From: Eledone cirrhosa | Taxonomy: Eukaryota | Length of the DNA: 64,000 nucleotides | Assembly: GCA_964016885.1 (NCBI GenBank) | Contig: OZ024740.1 | Location: 39,122,001-39,186,000 of the forward strand | Direction: 5' to 3' | Shown: positions 14,651 through 30,200 of the stretch, one piece after another | How the letters are laid out: each line of letters starts with the position of its first letter | Position numbering within the stretch: position 1 is the first letter of the stretch | Notes under the pieces: model-generated | What the model saw: the letters and a program-made list of their open reading frames with translations, nothing else | Databases searched by the model: none | Told to the model about the DNA's origin: nothing | Translations under genes and position numbers: made by a program

Positions 14651-17470
14651 TATATAACAGTAGTATTGTAACTATATAACAGTAGTATTGTAACTATATA
14701 ACAGTAGTATTGTAACTATATAACAGTAGTATTGTAACTATATAGTGTAGTATTGTAACTATATAACAGTAGTATTGTAACTATATATAACAGTAGTATT
14801 GTAACTATATAACAGTAGTATTGTAACTATATAACAGCAGTATTGTAACTATATAACAGTAGTATTGTAACTGTATGACAGTAGTATTGTAACTATATAA
14901 CAGTAGTATTGTAACTATATAACAGTAGTATTGTAACTATATAACAGTAGTATTGTAACTATATAACAGTAGTATTGTAACTATATATAACAGTAGTATT
15001 GTAACTATATATAACAGTAGTATTGTAACTATATAACAGTAGTATTGTAACTATATATAACAGTAGTATTGTAACTATATAACAGTAGTATTGTAACTAT
15101 ATAACAGTAGAATTGTAACTATATAACAGTAGTATTGTAACTATATAGTGTAGTATTGTAACTATATAACAGTAGTATTGTAACTATATATAACAGTAGT
15201 ATTGTAACTATATAACAGTAGTATTGTAACTATATAACAGTAGTATTGTAACTATATGACAGTAGTATTGTAACTATATATAACAGTAGTATTGTAACTA
15301 TATAGTGTAGTATTGTAACTATACAACAGTAGTATTGTAACTATATATAACAGTAGTATTGTAACTATATAACAGTAGTATTGTAACTATATATAACAGT
15401 AGCATTGTAACTATATAACAGTAGTATTGTAACTATATAACAGTAGTATTGTAACTATATAACAGTAGTATTGTAACTATATAGAGTAGTATTGTAGCTA
15501 TATAGTGTAGTATTGTAACTATACAACAGTAGCATTGTAACTATATAATAGTAGTATTGTAACTATATAAGAGTAGTATTGTAACTATATAACAGTAGTA
15601 TTTTATTTATTTAACAGTAGTATTGTAACTATATAATGGTAGTATTGTAACTGTATAACAGTAGTATTGTAACTATATAACAGTGGTATTGTAAATATAT
15701 AACAGCAGTATTGTAACTATATAACAGTAGTATTGTAACTATATAACAGTAGTATTGTAACTATATGACAGTAGTATTGTAACTATATATAACAGTAGTA
15801 TTGTAACTATATAGTGTAGTATTGTAACTATATAACAGTAGTATTGTAACTATATAACAGTAGTATTGTAACTATATAACAGTAGTATTGTAACTATATA
15901 ACAGTAGTATTGTAACTATATAGTGTAGTATTGTAACTATATAATAGTAGTATCGTAACTACATAACAGTAGTATTGTAACTATATAACAGTAGTATTGT
16001 AACTATATAACTGTAGTATTGTAACTATATAACAGTAGTATTGTAACTATACAACAGTAGCATTGTAACTATATAACAGTAGTATTGTAGCTATATAGTG
16101 TAGTATTGTAACTATATAACAGTAGTATTGTAACTATATAACAGTAGTATTGTAACTATATAACAGTAGTATTGTAACTATATAACAGTAGTATTGTAAC
16201 TATATAGTGTAGTATTGTAACTATATAACAGTAGTATTGTAACTATATATAACAGTAGTATTGTAACTATATAACAGTAGTATTGTAACTATATAACAGC
16301 AGTATTGTAACTATATAACAGTAGTATTGTAACTGTATGACAGTAGTATTGTAACTATATAACAGTAGTATTGTAACTATATAACAGTAGTATTGTAACT
16401 ATATAACAGTAGTATTGTAACTATATAACAGTAGTATTGTAACTATATATAACAGTAGTATTGTAACTATATATAACAGTAGTATTGTAACTATATAACA
16501 GTAGTATTGTAACTATATATAACAGTAGTATTGTAACTATATAACAGTAGTATTGTAACTATATAACAGTAGAATTGTAACTATATAACAGTAGTATTGT
16601 AACTATATAGTGTAGTATTGTAACTATATAACAGTAGTATTGTAACTATATATAACAGTAGTATTGTAACTATATAACAGTAGTATTGTAACTATATAAC
16701 AGTAGTATTGTAACTATATGACAGTAGTATTGTAACTATATATAACAGTAGTATTGTAACTATATAGTGTAGTATTGTAACTATACAACAGTAGTATTGT
16801 AACTATATATAACAGTAGTATTGTAACTATATAACAGTAGTATTGTAACTATATATAACAGTAGCATTGTAACTATATAACAGTAGTATTGTAACTATAT
16901 AACAGTAGTATTGTAACTATATAACAGTAGTATTGTAACTATATAGAGTAGTATTGTAGCTATATAGTGTAGTATTGTAACTATACAACAGTAGCATTGT
17001 AACTATATAATAGTAGTATTGTAACTATATAAGAGTAGTATTCTAACTATATAACAGTAGTATTTTATTTATTTAACAGTAGTATTGTAACTATATAATG
17101 GTAGTATTGTAACTGTATAACAGTAGTATTGTAACTATATAACAGTGGTATTGTAAATATATAACAGCAGTATTGTAACTATATAACAGTAGTATTGTAA
17201 CTATATAACAGTAGTATTGTAACTATATGACAGTAGTATTGTAACTATATATAACAGTAGTATTGTAACTATATAGTGTAGTATTGTAACTATATAACAG
17301 TAGTATTGTAACTATATAACAGTAGTATTGTAACTATATAACAGTAGTATTGTAACTATATAACAGTAGTATTGTAACTATATAGTGTAGTATTGTAACT
17401 ATATAATAGTAGTATCGTAACTACATAACAGTAGTATTGTAACTATATAACAGTAGTATTGTAACTATAT
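14505..17470. repeat. Tandem duplication, period 1,462 bp
   Basis: AACTGT 14547/16009, TTTTATTTATTTAAC 15601/17063, ATATAATGG 15631/17093, ATAATAGTAGTATCG 15941/17403. Confidence 0.9.
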
Positions 17471-18839
17471 AACAGTAGTATTGTAACTATATAACAGTAG
17501 TATTGTAACTATATAACAGTAGTATTGTAACTATATAACAGTAGTATTGTAACTATATAGTGTAGTATTGTAACTATATACCAGTAGTATCATAACTACA
17601 TAACAGTAGTATTGTAACTATATAACAGTAGTATTGTAACTAAATAGTGTAGTATTGTAACTATATAACAGTAGTATTGTAACTATATAGTGTACTATTG
17701 TAACTATATAACAGTAGTATTGTAACTATATAACAGTAGTAATGTAACTATATAACAGAAGCATTGTAAATATATAGTGTAGTATCGTAACTATATAACA
17801 GTAGTATTGTAACTATATAACAGTAGTATTGTAACTATATATAACAGTAGTATTGTAACTATATAGTGTAGTATTGTAACTATATAACAGTAGTATTGTA
17901 ACTATATAGTGTACTATTGTAACTATATAACAGTAGTATTGTAACTATATATAACAGTAGTATTGTAACTATATAGTGTAGTATCGTAACTATATAACAG
18001 TAGTATTGTAACTATATAGTGTAGTATTGTAACTATATAACAGTAGTATTGTAACTATATAACAGTAGTATTGTAACTATATAACAGTAGTATTGTAACT
18101 ATACAACAGTAGTATTGTAACTATATAACAGTAGTATTGTAGCTATATAGTGTAGTATTGTATCTATACAACAGTAGCATTGTAACTGTATAATAGTAGT
18201 ATTGTAACTATATAACAGTAGTATTGTAACTATATAACAGTAGTATTTTATCTAATTAACAGTAGTATTGTAAGTATATAACAGTAGTATTGTAACTGTA
18301 TAACAGTAGTATTGTAACTATATAACAGCAGTATTGTAACTATATAACAGTAGTATTGTAACTATATAACAGTAGTATTGTAACTATATGACAGTAGTAT
18401 TGTAACTATATATAACAGTAGTATTGTAACTATATAGTGTAGTATTGTAACTATATAACAGTAGTATTGTAACTATATAGTGTACTATTGTAACTATATA
18501 ACAGTAGTATTGTAACTATATATAACAGTAGTATCGTAACTATATAGTGTAGTATCGTAACTATATAACAGTAGTATTGTAACTATATATAACAGTAGTA
18601 TTGTAACTATATAACAGTTGTATTGTAACTATATAACAGTAGTATTGTAACTATATAGTGTAGTATTGTAATTATATAACAGTAGTTTTGTAACTATATA
18701 ACAGTAGTATTGTAACTATATAACAGTAGTATTGTAACTATATAACAGTAGTATTGTAACTATATAGTGTAGTATTGTAACTATATAACAGTAGTATTGT
18801 AACTATATATAACAGTAGTATTGTAACTATATAACAGTA

Positions 18840-21800
18840 GTATTGTAACTATATAACAGCAGTATTGTAACTATATAACAGTAGTATTGTAACTGTATGA
18901 CAGTTTATTGTAACTATATAACAGTAGTATTGTAACTATATAACAGTAGTATTGTAACTATATAGCAGTAGTATTGTAACTATATAACAGTAGTATTGTA
19001 ACTATATATAACAGTAGTATTGTAACTATATATAACAGTAGTATTGTAACTATATAACAGTAGTATTGTAACTATATAACAGTGGTATTGTAAATATATA
19101 ACAGTAGTATTGTAACTATATAACAGTAGTATTGTAACTATATAACAGTAGTATTGTAACTATATATAACAGTAGTATTGTAACTATATAGTGTAGTATT
19201 GTAACTATATAACAGTAGTATTGTAACTATATATAACAGTAGTATTGTAACTATATAACAGTAGTATTGTAACTAAATAACAGTAGTAATGTAACTATAT
19301 AACAGTATTATTGTAACTATATAACAGTAGTATTGTAACTATATAACAGTAGTAATGTAACTATGTAGTGTAGTATTGTAACTATATAACATTAGTATCG
19401 TAACTACATAACAGTAGTATTGTAACTATATAACAGTAGTATTGTAACTATATAACAGTAGTATTGTAACTATATAACAGTAGTATTGTAACTATATAAC
19501 AGTAGTATTGTATCTATATGACAGTAGTATTGTAACTATATAACAGTAGTATTGTAACTATATAACAGTAGTATTGTAACTATATAACAGTAGTATTGTA
19601 ACTATATAACAGTAGTAATGTAACTATATAACAGAAGCATTGTAAATATATAGTGTAGTATTGTAACTATATAACAGTAGTATTGTAACTATATAACAGT
19701 AGTATTGTAACTATATATAACAGTAGTATTGTAACTATATAGTGTAGTTTTGTAACTATATAACAGTAGTATTGTAACTATATAGTGTACTATTGTAACT
19801 ATATAACAGTAGTATTGTAACTATATATAACAGTAGTATTGTAACTATATAGTGTAGTATCGTAACTATATAACAGTAGTATCGTAACTATATATAAGAG
19901 TAGTATTGTAACTATATAGTGTAGTATTGTAACTATATAACAGTAGTATTGTAACTATATAGTGTAGTATTGTAACTATATAACAGTAGTATCGTAACTA
20001 CATAACAGTAGTATTGTAACTATATAACAGTAGTATTGTAACTATATAACAGTAGTATTGTAACTATATAACAGTAGTATTGTAACTATATAACAGTAGT
20101 ATTGTATCTATATGACAGTAGTATTGTAACTATATAACAGTAGTATTGTAACTATATAACAGTAGTATTGTAATTATATAAGAGTAGTATTGTAACTATA
20201 TTAAAGTAGTATTGTAACTATATATAACAGTAGTATTGTAACTATATAGTGTAGTGTTGTAACTATATACCAGTAGTATTGTAACTATATAACGGTAGTA
20301 TTGTAACTATATACTGTAGTATTGTAACTATATATCAGTAGTATTGTAACAATATAACGGTAGTATTTTAATTATATAACAGTAGTATTGTAACTATATA
20401 TAACAGTAGTATTGTAACTATATAACAGTAGTATTGTAACTATATAACAGTAATATTGTAACTATATAACAGTAGTATTGTAACTATATAACAGTAGTAT
20501 TGTAACTATATAACAGTAGTATTGTAACTATATAGTGTAGTATTGTAACTATATAACAGTAGTATTGTAACTATATAACAGTAGTATTGTAACTATATAA
20601 CAGTAGTATTGTAACTATATAACAGTAGTATTGTAACTATATAGTGTAGTATTGTAACTATATAACAGTAGTATTGTAACTATATATAACAGTAGTATCG
20701 TAACTATATAACAGTAGTATTGTAACTATATAACATCAGTATTGTAACTATATAACAGTAGTATTGTAACTGTATGACACTAGTATTGTAACTATATAAC
20801 AGTAGTATTGTAACTATATAACAGTAGTATTGTAACTATATAACAGTAGTATTGTAACTATATAACAGTAGTATTGTAACTATATATAACAGTAGTATTG
20901 TAACTATATATAACAGTAGTATTGTAACTATATAACAGTAGTATTGTAACTATATAACAGTAGTATTGTAACTATATAACAGTAGTATTGTAAATATATA
21001 ACAGTAGTATTGTAACTATATAACAGTAGTATTGTAACTATATAACAGTAGTATTGTAACTATATATATCAGTAGTATTGTAACTATATAGTGTAGTATT
21101 GTAACTATATAACAGTAGTATTGTAACTATATATAACAGTAGTATTGTAACTATATAACAGTAGTATTGTAACTAAATAACAGTAGTAATGTAACTATAT
21201 AACAGTATTATTGTAACTATATAACAGTAGTATTGTAACTATATAACAGTAGTAATGTAACTATATAGTGTAGTATTGTAACTATATAACAGTAGTATTG
21301 TAACTATATAGTGTAGTATTGTAACTATATAACAGTAGTATCGTAACTACATAACAGTAGTATTGTAACTATATAACAGTAGTATTGTAACTATATAACA
21401 GTAGTAATGTAACTATATAACAGAAGCATTGTAAATATATAGTGTAGTATCGTAACTATATAACAGTAGTATTGTAACTATATAACAGTAGTATTGTAAC
21501 TATATATAACAGTAGTATTGTAACTATATAGTGTAGTATTGTAACTATATAACAGTAGTATTGTAACTATACAGTGTACTATTGTAACTATATAACAGTA
21601 GTATTGTAACTATATATAACAGTAGTATTGTAACTATATAGTGTAGTATCGTAACTATATAACAGTAGTATTGTAACTATATATAAGAGTAGTATTGTAA
21701 CTATATAGTGTAGTATTGTAACTATATAACAGTAGTATTGTAACTATATAGTGTAGTATTGTAACTATATAACAGTAGTATCGTAACTACATAACAGTAG

Positions 21801-24800
21801 TATTGTAACTATATAACAGTAGTATTGTAACTATATAACAGTAGTATTGTAACTATATAACAGTAGTATTGTAACTATATAACAGTAGTATTGTATCTAT
21901 ATGACAGTAGTATTGTAACTATATAACAGTAGTATTGTAACTATATAACAGTAGTATTGTAACTATATAAGAGTAGTATTGTAACTATATTAAAGTAGTA
22001 TTGTAACTATATATAACAGTAGTATTGTAACTATATAGTGTAGTATTGTAACTATATACCAGTAGTATCGTAACTACATAACAGTAGTATTGTAACTATA
22101 TAACAGTAGTATTGTAACTATATAGTGTAGTATTGTAACTATATAACAGTAGTATCGTAACTACATAACAGTAGTATTGTTACTATATAACAGTAGTATT
22201 GTAACTATATAACAGTAGTAATGTAACTATATAACAGAAGCATTGTAAATATATAGTGTAGTATCGTAACTATATAACAGTAGTATTGTAACTATATAAC
22301 AGTAGTATTGTAACTATATATAACAGTAGTATTGTAACTATATAGTGTAGTATCGTAACTATATAACAGTAGTATTGTAACTATATATAAGAGTAGTATT
22401 GTAACTATATAGTGTAGTATTGTAACTATATAACAGTAGTATTGTAACTATATAGTGTAGTATTGTAACTATATAACAGTAGTATCGTAACTACATAACA
22501 GTAGTATTGTTACTATATAACAGTAGTATTGTAACTATATAACAGTAGTAATGTAACTATATAACAGAAGCATTGTAAATATATAGTGTAGTATCGTAAC
22601 TATATAACAGTAGTATTGTAACTATATAACAGTAGTATTGTAACTATATATAACAGTAGTATTGTAACTATATAGTGTAGTATCGTAACTATATAACAGT
22701 AGTATTGTAACTATATATAAGAGTAGTATTGTAACTATATAGTGTAGTATTGTAACTATATAACAGAAGCATTGTAAATATATAGTGTAGTATCGTAACT
22801 ATATAACAGTAGTATTGTAACTATATAACAGTAGAATTGTAACTATATATAACAGTAGTATTGTAACTATATAACAGTAATATTGTAACTATATATAACA
22901 GTAGTATTGTAACTATATAACGGTAGTATTGTATCTATATAACAGTAGTATTGTAACTATATAACAGTAGTATTGTAACTATATAACAGTAGTATTGTAA
23001 CTATATATAACAGTAGTATTGTAACTATATAACAGTAGCATTGTAACTATATAACAGTAGTATTGTAACTATATAACAGTAGTATTGTAACTATATAACA
23101 GTAGTATTGTAACTATATAACAGTAGTATTGTAACTATATAACAGTAGTATTGTAACTATATAACAGTAGTATTGTAATTATATAACAGTAGTATTGTAA
23201 CTATACAACAGTAGTATTGTAACTATATAACAGTAGTATTGTAACTATATAGAGTAGTATTGTAGCTATATAGTGTAGTATTGTAACTATATAACAGTAG
23301 TATTGTAACTATATAGAGTAGTATTGTAGCTATATAGTGTAGTATTGTAACTATATATAACAGTAGTATTGTAGCTATATAGTGTAGTATTGTAACTATA
23401 CAACAGTAGCATTGTAACTATATAATAGTAGTATTGTAACTATATAACAGTAGTATTGTAACTATATAACAGTAGTATTTTATCTAATTAACAGTAGTAT
23501 TGTAAGTATATAACAGTAGTATTGTAACTGTATAACCGTAGTATTGTAACTATATAACAGTAGTATTGTAAATATATAACAGCAGTATTGTAACTATATA
23601 ACAGTAGTATTGTAACTATATAACAGTAGTATTGTAACTATATGACAGTAGTATTGTAACTATATATAACAGTAGTATTGTAACTATATAGTGTAGTATC
23701 GTAACTATATAACAGTAGTATTGTAACTATATAACAGTAGTATTGTAACTATATAACAGTTGTATTGTAACTATATAACAGTAGTATTGTAACTATATAG
23801 TGTAGTATTGTAACTATATAACAGCAGTATTGTAACTATATAACAGTAGTATTGTAACTGTATGACAGTTTATTGTAACTATATAACAGTAGTATTGTAA
23901 CTATATAACAGTAGTATTGTAACTATATAGCAGTAGTATTGTAACTATATAACAGTAGTATTGTAACTATATATAACAGTAGTATTGTAACTATATATAA
24001 CAGTAGTATTGTAACTATATAACAGTAGTATTGTAACTATATAACAGTGGTATTGTAAATATATAACAGTAGTATTGTAACTATATAACAGTAGTATTGT
24101 AACTATATAACAGTAGTATTGTAACTATATATAACAGTAGTATTGTAACTATATAGTGTAGTATTGTAACTATATAACAGTAGTATTGTAACTATATATA
24201 ACAGTAGTATTGTAACTATATAACAGTAGTATTGTAACTAAATAACAGTAGTAATGTAACTATATAACAATATTATTGTAACTATATAACAGTAGTATTG
24301 TAACTATATAACAGTAGTAATGTAACTATGTAGTGTAGTATTGTAACTATATAACATTAGTATCGTAACTACATAACAGTAGTATTGTAACTATATAACA
24401 GTAGTATTGTAACTATATAACAGTAGTATTGTAACTATATAACAGTAGTATTGTAACTATATAACAGTAGTATTGTATCTATATGACAGTAGTATTGTAA
24501 CTATATAACAGTAGTATTGTAACTATATAACAGTAGTATTGTAACTATATAACAGTAGTATTGTAACTATATAACAGTAGTAATGTAACTATATAACAGA
24601 AGCATTGTAAATATATAGTGTAGTATTGTAACTATATAACAGTAGTATTGTAACTATATAACAGTAGTATTGTAACTATATATAACAGTAGTATTGTAAC
24701 TATATAGTGTAGTTTTGTAACTATATAACAGTAGTATTGTAACTATATAGTGTACTATTGTAACTATATAACAGTAGTATTGTAACTATATATAACAGTA

Positions 24801-25260
24801 GTATTGTAACTATATAGTGTAGTATCGTAAATATATAACAGTAGTATTGTAACTATATATAAGAGTAGTATTGTAACTATATAGTGTAGTATTGTAACTA
24901 TATAACAGTAGTATTGTAACTATATAGTGTAGTATTGTAACTATATAACAGTAGTATCGTAACTACATAACAGTAGTATTGTAACTATATAACAGTAGTA
25001 TTGTAACTATATAACAGTAGTATTGTAACTATATAACAGTAGTATTGTAACTATATAACAGTAGTATTGTATCTATATGACAGTAGTATTGTAACTATAT
25101 AACAGTAGTATTGTAACTATATAACAGTAGTATTGTAACTATATAAGAGTAGTATTGTAACTATATTAAAGTAGTATTGTAACTATATATAACAGTAGTA
25201 TTGTAACTATATAGTGTAGTATTGTAACTATATACCAGTAGTATTGTAACTATATAACGG
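18840..25260. repeat. Dispersed duplication of about 1.45 kb (about 18840-20295 vs 23805-25260, offset 4,965)
   Basis: CAGTTTATT 18901/23866, AGTGG 19081/24046, CTATGTAGTG 19361/24326, AGTGTAGTTT 19741/24706, TTAAAG 20201/25166. Confidence 0.88.
22090..22765. repeat. Tandem duplication, period 330 bp (about 15 monomers)
   Basis: Rare GTTACTAT variant (TACTAT at 22181/22511) and CTATATATAAGAG at 22381/22711. Confidence 0.88.
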
Positions 25261-27249
25261 TAGTATTTTAACTATATAACAGTAGTATTGTAACTATATA
25301 TAACAGTAGTATTGTAACTATATAACAGTAGTATTGTAACTATATAACAGTAATATTGTAACTATATAACAGTACCATTGTAACTATATAACAGTAGCAT
25401 TGTAACTATATAACAGTAGCATTGTAACTATATAACAGTAGTATTGTAACTATATGTAACAATAGTATTGTAACTATATAACATTACTATTGTAACTATA
25501 TAGTGTAGTATTGTAACTATATAACAGTAGTATTGTAACTATATAACAGTAGTATTATACTTATATAACAGTAGTATTGTAACTATACAACAGTAGTAAT
25601 GTAACTATATAACAGTAGTATTGTAGCTATATAGTGTAGTATTGTAACTATATAACAGTAGTATTGTAACTATATAACAGTAGTATTGTATCTATTTAAC
25701 AGTAGTATTGTAACTATATAACAGTAGTATTGTAACTATATAACAGTAGTATTGTAACTATATAACAGTAGTATTGTAACTATATAACAGTAGTATTGTA
25801 ACTATATAACAGTAGTATTGTAACTATATAACAGTAGTATTGTAACTATATAGTGTAGTATTGTAACTATATAACAGTAGTATTGTAACTATATAACAGT
25901 AGTATTGTAACTATATAACAGTAGTATTGTAACTATATAACAGTAGTATTGTAACTATATAGTGTAGTATTGTAACTATATAACAATAGTATTGTAACTG
26001 TATGACAGTAGTATTGTAACTATATAGTGTAGTATTGTAACTATATAACAGTAGTATTGTAACTATATAACAGTAGTATTGTAACTATATAACAGTAGTA
26101 TTGTAACTATATAACAGTAGTATTGTAACTATATAACAGTAGTATTGTAACTATATAACAGTAGTATTGTAACTATATATAACAGTAGTATTGTAACTAT
26201 ATATAACAGTAGTATTGTAACTATATAACAGTAGTATTGTAACTATATAACAGTAGTATTGTAACTCTATAACAGTAGTATTGTAACTATATATAACAGT
26301 AGTATTGTAACTATATAACAGTAGTATTGTAAATATATAACAGTAGTATTGTAACTATATAACAGTAGTATTGTAACTATATAACAGTAGTATTGTAACT
26401 ATATATAACAGTAGTATTGTAACTATATAATAGTAGTATTGTAGCTATATAGTGTTGTATTGTAAGTATATGACAGTAGTATTGTACATATATAGTGTAG
26501 TATTGTAACTATATAGCAGTAGTATTGTAACTATATAGCAGTAGTATTTTACTATATAGTAGTATTGTAACTATATATAACAGTAGCATTGTAACTATAT
26601 AGTGTTGTATTGTAACTATATAGTGTAGTATTGTAACTATATAACAGTAGTATTGTAACTATATAACAGTAGTATTGTAACTATATATAACAGTAGCATT
26701 GTAACTATATAGTGTAGTATTGTAACTATATAGTGTAGTATTGTAACTATATAACAGTAGTATTGTATCTATATAGCAGTAGTATTTTACTATATAGTAG
26801 TATTGTAACTATATATAGCAGTAGTATTTTAACTATATAGTGTAGTATTGTAACTATATAACAATAGTATCGTAACTACATAACAGTAGTATTGTAACTA
26901 TATAACAGTAGTATTGTAACTATATAACAGTAGTATTGTAACTATATAACAGTAGTATTGTAACTATATAACAGTAGTATTGTATCTATATGACAGTAGT
27001 ATTGTAACTATATAACAGTAGTATTGTAACTATATAACAGTAGTATTGTAACTATATAACAGTAGTATTGTAACTATATAACAGTAGTATTGTAACTATA
27101 TAACAGTAGTAATGTAACTATATAACAGAAGCATTGTAAATATATAGTGTAGTATCGTAACTATATAACAGTAGTATTGTAACTATATAACAGTAGTATT
27201 GTAACTATATATAACAGTAGTATTGTAACTATATAGTGTAGTATTGTAA

Positions 27250-30200
27250 CTATATAACAGTAGTATTGTAACTATATAGTGTACTATTGTATCTATATAA
27301 CAGTAGTATTGTAACTATATATAACAGTAGTATTGTAACTATATAGTGTAGTATCGTAACTATATAACAGTAGTATTGTAACTATATATAAGAGTAGTAT
27401 TGTAACTATATAGTGTAGTATTGTAACTATATAACAGTAGTATTGTACCTATATAGTGTAGTATTGTAACTATATAACAGTAGTATCGTAACTACATAAC
27501 AGTAGTATTGTAACTATATAACAGTAGTATTGTAACTATATAACAGTAGTATTGTAACTATATAACAGTAGTATTGTAACTATATAACAGTAATATTGTA
27601 TCTATATGACAGTAGTATTGTAACTATATAACAGTAGTATTGTAAATATATAACAGTAGTATTGTAACTATATAAGAGTAGTATTGTAACTATATTAAAG
27701 TAGTATTGTAACTATATATAACAGTAGTATTATAACTATATAGTGTAGTATTGTAACTATATACCAGTAGTATTGTAACTATATAACAGTAGTATTGTAA
27801 CTATATAACAGTAGTATTATACTTATATAACAGTAGTATTGTAACTATACAACAGTAGTAATGTAACTATATAACAGTAGTATTGTAACTATATAGTGTA
27901 GTATTGTAACTATACAACAGTAGTATTGTAACTATATAATAGTAGTATTGTAACTATATAACAGTAGTATTGTAACTATATAACAGTAGTATTGTATCTA
28001 TTTAACAGTAGTATTGTAACTATATAACAGTAGTATTGTAACTATATAACAGTAGTATTGTAACTATATAACAGTAGTATTGTAACTATATAACAGTAGT
28101 ATTGTAACTATATAACAGTAGTATCGTAACTATATAACAGTAGTATTGTAACTATATATAACAGTAGTATTGTAACTATATATAACAGTAGTATTGTAAC
28201 TATATAACAGTAGTATTGTAACTATATAACAGTAGTATTGTAACTCTATAACAGTAGTATTGTAACTATATATAACAGTAGTATTGTAACTATATCACAG
28301 TAGTATTGTAAATATATAACAGTAGTATTGTAACTATATAACAGTAGTATTGTAACTATATAACAGTAGTATTGTAACTATATATAACAGTAGTATTGTA
28401 ACTATATAATAGTAGTATTGTAGCTATATAGTGTTGTATTGTAAGTATATGACAGTAGTATTGTACCTATATAGTGTAGTATTGTAACTATGTAACAGTA
28501 GTATTGTAACTACATAACAGTAGTATTGTAACTATATAACAGTAGTTTTGTAACTATATATAACAGTAGTATTGTAACTATATAGCAGTAGTATTGTAAC
28601 TATATAGCAGTAGTATTTTACTATATAGTAGTATTGTAACTATATATAACAGTAGCATTGTAACTATATAGTGTTGTATTGTAACTATATAGTGTAGTAT
28701 TGTAACTATATAACAGTAGTATTGTAACTATATAACAGTAGTATTGTAACTATATAACAGTAGTATTGTAACTATATAACAGTAGTATTGTAACTATATA
28801 ACAGTAGTATTGTAATTATATAACAGTAGTAATGTAACTATATAGTGTAGTATTGTAATTATATAGTGTAGTATTGTAACTATATAACAGTAGTATTGTA
28901 ACTATATAACAGTAGTATTGTAACTATATAACAGTAGTATTGTAACTATATAACAGTAGTATTGTAACTATATATAACAGTAGCATTGTAACTATATAAC
29001 AGTAGTATCGTAACTATATGTAACAGTAGTATTGTAACTATATAACACAACTATTGTAACTATATAGTGTAGTATTGTAACTATATAACAGTAGTATTGT
29101 AACTATATAACAGTAGTATTGTAATTATATAACAGTATTATTGTAACTATACAACAGTAGTATTGTAACTATATAACAGTAGTATTGTAACTATACAACA
29201 GTAGTATTGTAACTATATAATAGTAGTATTGTAACTATATAACAGTAGTATTGTAACTATATAACAGTAGTATTGTATCTATTTAACAGTAGTATTGTAA
29301 CTATATAACAGTAGTATTGTAACTATATAACAGTAGTATTGTAAATATATAACAGCAGTATTGTAACTATATAACAGTAGTATTGTAACTATATAACAGT
29401 AGTATTGTAAATATATGACAGTAGTATTGTAACTATATATAACAGTAGTATTGTAACTATATAACAGTAGTATTATAACTATATAACAGTAGTATTGTGA
29501 CTATATAGTGTAGTATTGTAACTATATAGGGTAGTATTATAACTATATGACAGTAGTATTGTAACTATATAACAGTAGTATTGTAAATATATAGTGTAGT
29601 ATTGTAACTATATAGTGTAGTATTGCAACTATATGACAGTAGTATTGTAACTATATAACAGTAGTATTGTAACTACATAACAGTAGTATTGTAACTATAT
29701 AACAGTAGTATTGTAACTATATATAACAGTAGTATTGTAACTATATAGCAGTAGTATTGTAACTATATAGGGTAGTATTATAACTATATGACAGTAGTAT
29801 TGTACCTATATAACAGTAGTATTGTAAATATATAGTGTAGTATTGTAACTATATAGTGTAGTATTGTAACTATATGACAGTAGTATTGTAACTATATAAC
29901 AGTAGTATTGTAACTACATAACAGAAGTATTGTAACTATATAACAGTAGTATTGTAACTATATATAACAGTAGTATTGTAACTATATAGCAGTAGTATTG
30001 TAACTATATAGCAGTAGTATTTTACTATATAGTAGTATTGTAACTATATAGTGTTGTATTGTAACTATATAGTGTAGTATTGTAACTATATAACAGTAGT
30101 ATTGTAACTATATAACAGTCGTATTGTAACTATATATAACAGTAGCATTGTAACTATATAGTGTAGTACTGTAACTATATAGTGTAGTATTGTAACTATA

